A stretch of DNA of 38,161 nt from Leucoraja ocellata (Eukaryota): positions 310,001-348,161 of the forward strand of contig JAWMAR010001182.1 of the NCBI GenBank assembly GCA_036785375.1. Direction: 5' to 3'. Shown here piece after piece: positions 36,028 through 38,161 of this stretch (positions within the stretch are counted from its first letter, which is position 1; each line of letters opens with the position of its first letter). The notes below the pieces were generated by a model, which ran no database searches, had not been told where the DNA came from, and saw nothing but the letters and a program-made list of their open reading frames with translations. Position numbers and translations under genes: made by a program.

Positions 36028-36339
36028 AATAATAATAATAATACATTTTATTGATGGGCGCCTTTCAAGAGTCTCAAGGACACCTTACAAAAATTTAGCA
36101 CGGTCTGTTTCCGCACTGTATCACTCTATGACCCTGTGATTGTATGATCCTATGTACGGTAACAAATCAATTTCCGCATTTGCCTTTACGTTCTTCCGGT
36201 GGGCAAACATTTTGACATCTCTTCCCATTCCCACATTAACTTTTCTGTCGTTGCCCTCCTCAACTGTTCGAGCGAGGCCACGCCAAAAAAATGGAGGAAA
36301 AAATGGAGGAATAGCATCTCGTATATAGCTTGAGTCCCT

Positions 36340-36862
36340 GAGAGAAAACGGTGAATTACAGACCAGTTAGTCTAACATCGGTAGTGGGGAAACTGCTTGA
36401 AACAGTTATTGAAGATGGGATAGCAGCACATTTGGAACATGGTGAAATCATTGGACAAAGTCAGCACGGATTTATGAAAGGTAAATCATGTCTGACGAAT
36501 CTTATAGAATGTTTCTAGGATGGAACTAGTAGAGTGGATAACGGAGAACCAGTGGATGTGTTATATCTGGACTTTCAGATGGCTTTCGACAAGGTCCCAC
36601 ATAAGAGATTAGTATACAAACTTAAAGCACACGGTATTGGGGGTTCAGTATTGAAGTGGATAGAGAACTGGCTGGCAGACAAGAAGCAAAGTGTAGGAGT
36701 AAACGGGTCCTTTTCAGTATGGCAGGCAGTGACTAGTGGTGTATCGCAAGGCTCAGTGCTGGGACCCCAACGATTTACAATATATATTAATGATTTGTAC
36801 GAGGGAATTGAATGCAACATCTCAAGTTTGCGGATGACACGAAACTGCAAAATGACTTGGAT
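36340..36862 (+). mobile_element. CR1 RT fragment
   Basis: VLYLDFQMAFDKVPH...SGVSQGSVLGPQ. Confidence 0.85.
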
Positions 36863-36863
36863 A

Positions 36864-37769
36864 GTCAAGTCAAGTCAAGTCAAGTCAAGTTTATTTGTCA
36901 CATACACATACGAGATGTGCAGTGAAATGAAAGTGGCAATGCTCGCGGACTTTTGTGCAAAAGACAAACAACAAAACAACCAAACAAATTATAAACACAA
37001 TCATAACACACATATTATTTTACATAATAAATAATGGAAGGAAAAACGTTCTGTAGAGTTAGTCCCTGGTGAGATAGGCGTTTACAGTCCGAATGGCCTC
37101 TGGGAAGAAACTCCTCCTCAACCTCTCGGTTCTCACCGCATGGCAACGGAGGCGTTTGCCTGACCGTAGCAGCTGGAACAGTCCGTTGCAGGGGTGGAAG
37201 GGATCTCCCATGATTTTATTTGCTCTGGAGTTGCACCTCCTGTTGTATAGTTCCTGCAGGGGGTGAGTGAAGTTCCCATAGTGCGTTCGGCCGAACGCAC
37301 TACTCTCTGCAGAGCCATCTTGTCCTTGGCAGAGCAATTCCCAAACCAGATGGTAATGTTCCCGGACAAGATGCTTTCCACCGCCGCTGCGTAGAAGCAC
37401 TGGAGGATCCTCGGAGACACTCTGAATTTCCTCAATTGCCTGAGGTGGTAAAGGCGGTGCCTTGCCTTACTCACGAGTGCTGAGGCGTGTGATGCCCATG
37501 TCATATCCTCGGAGATGTGGACTCCCAGATATTGAAAACAGTTCACCCTATCCACAGGATCCCCATTTATCCTCAATGGAGTGTACGTCCTCGGATGATG
37601 CGCCCTCCTAAAGTCCATGATCAGCTCCTTCGTTTTTTTGATGTTCAAGAGGAGGCTGTTATCCTGGCACCAGATTGCTAGATCAGCCACCTCCTCCCGG
37701 TAGGCCTTCTCATCCTTGTCTGAGATCAGGCCCACCACCACAGTGTCATCAGCAAACTTAATTATTGAA
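36864..37769 (-). mobile_element. Rex1/Babar-clade LINE 3' fragment
   Basis: IIKFADDTVVVGLISD...YREEV...KTKELIMDFRR...YLGVHI...RSFFPEAIR, with a (CTTGA)n tail. Confidence 0.85.
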
Positions 37770-38161
37770 CTCGGGAAGCCCACTGTCTTTACTGCGAAGG
37801 ATAGCATCAAGTGCCCGGTTAGGTTTCGTCAGGTCCGGCCACTGTTTGCCAGCTGTCCGGACGTGTGCTCCTGCTGAACTTGTTTGCTTTCAGAAATTCC
37901 CGCATGTGCCAGATAACGGCCCCAAAAGACACAGCACTGGAATTCAGGCATTCTGGCAACCCACTGATACGTGAAGCAGCATCTTCCCCCTCACTACGCT
38001 CAAGCTCTGAGTACGGAGGGCTGCAGCTGGTTGCTAGCTCGCTCGCTCCCCTGCGTAAGCTGGATCCATCGGGCTTCCCCACCTCCAGCATGAACCCACC
38101 CCCGGGATCAGTATCGAGGGAGGATCCCGATATCTCTGACAACGATGAGCTGGACAGTGAA

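Larger units (their letters stand above)
33464..38161. repeat. Tandem segmental duplication unit C (partial)
   Basis: 33464-36100 matches 14941-17580, and 37770-38161 matches ~2640-3030. Confidence 0.85.

Overview
Eukaryotic DNA, almost certainly from a cartilaginous fish (probably a skate or ray; inferred from gene content and repeat style), with a 296-N assembly gap. The window is a tandem array of about 2.3 units (A ~980-14940, B ~14941-33463, C ~33464-end). Each complete unit pairs a plus-strand, two-exon GPR139/GPR142-like class A GPCR gene with a minus-strand NAR-TCR cassette of the T-cell receptor delta type. The cassette order is: leader exon, IgNAR-like V with RSS(22), 12-D-12, 23-J (DGTG motif), then a leaderless 'supporting' TCR-delta V with RSS(23). 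All splice sites and recombination signals can be read directly from the sequence. Both NAR V-D-J sets look intact, but both supporting V genes look damaged. Of the three GPCR copies, one is intact, one lacks most of TM7 and one has a homopolymer frameshift. The rest is nested CR1, L2, Tx1 and Rex1 LINE fragments, tRNA-derived SINEs and Penelope-like inverted repeats. The most notable signals are the repeated co-duplication of an orphan GPCR with a doubly rearranging antigen-receptor cassette, and inter-copy divergence concentrated at the D-3' and J-5' coding ends next to the heptamers. Repeat boundaries and family names are approximate and assigned by eye.
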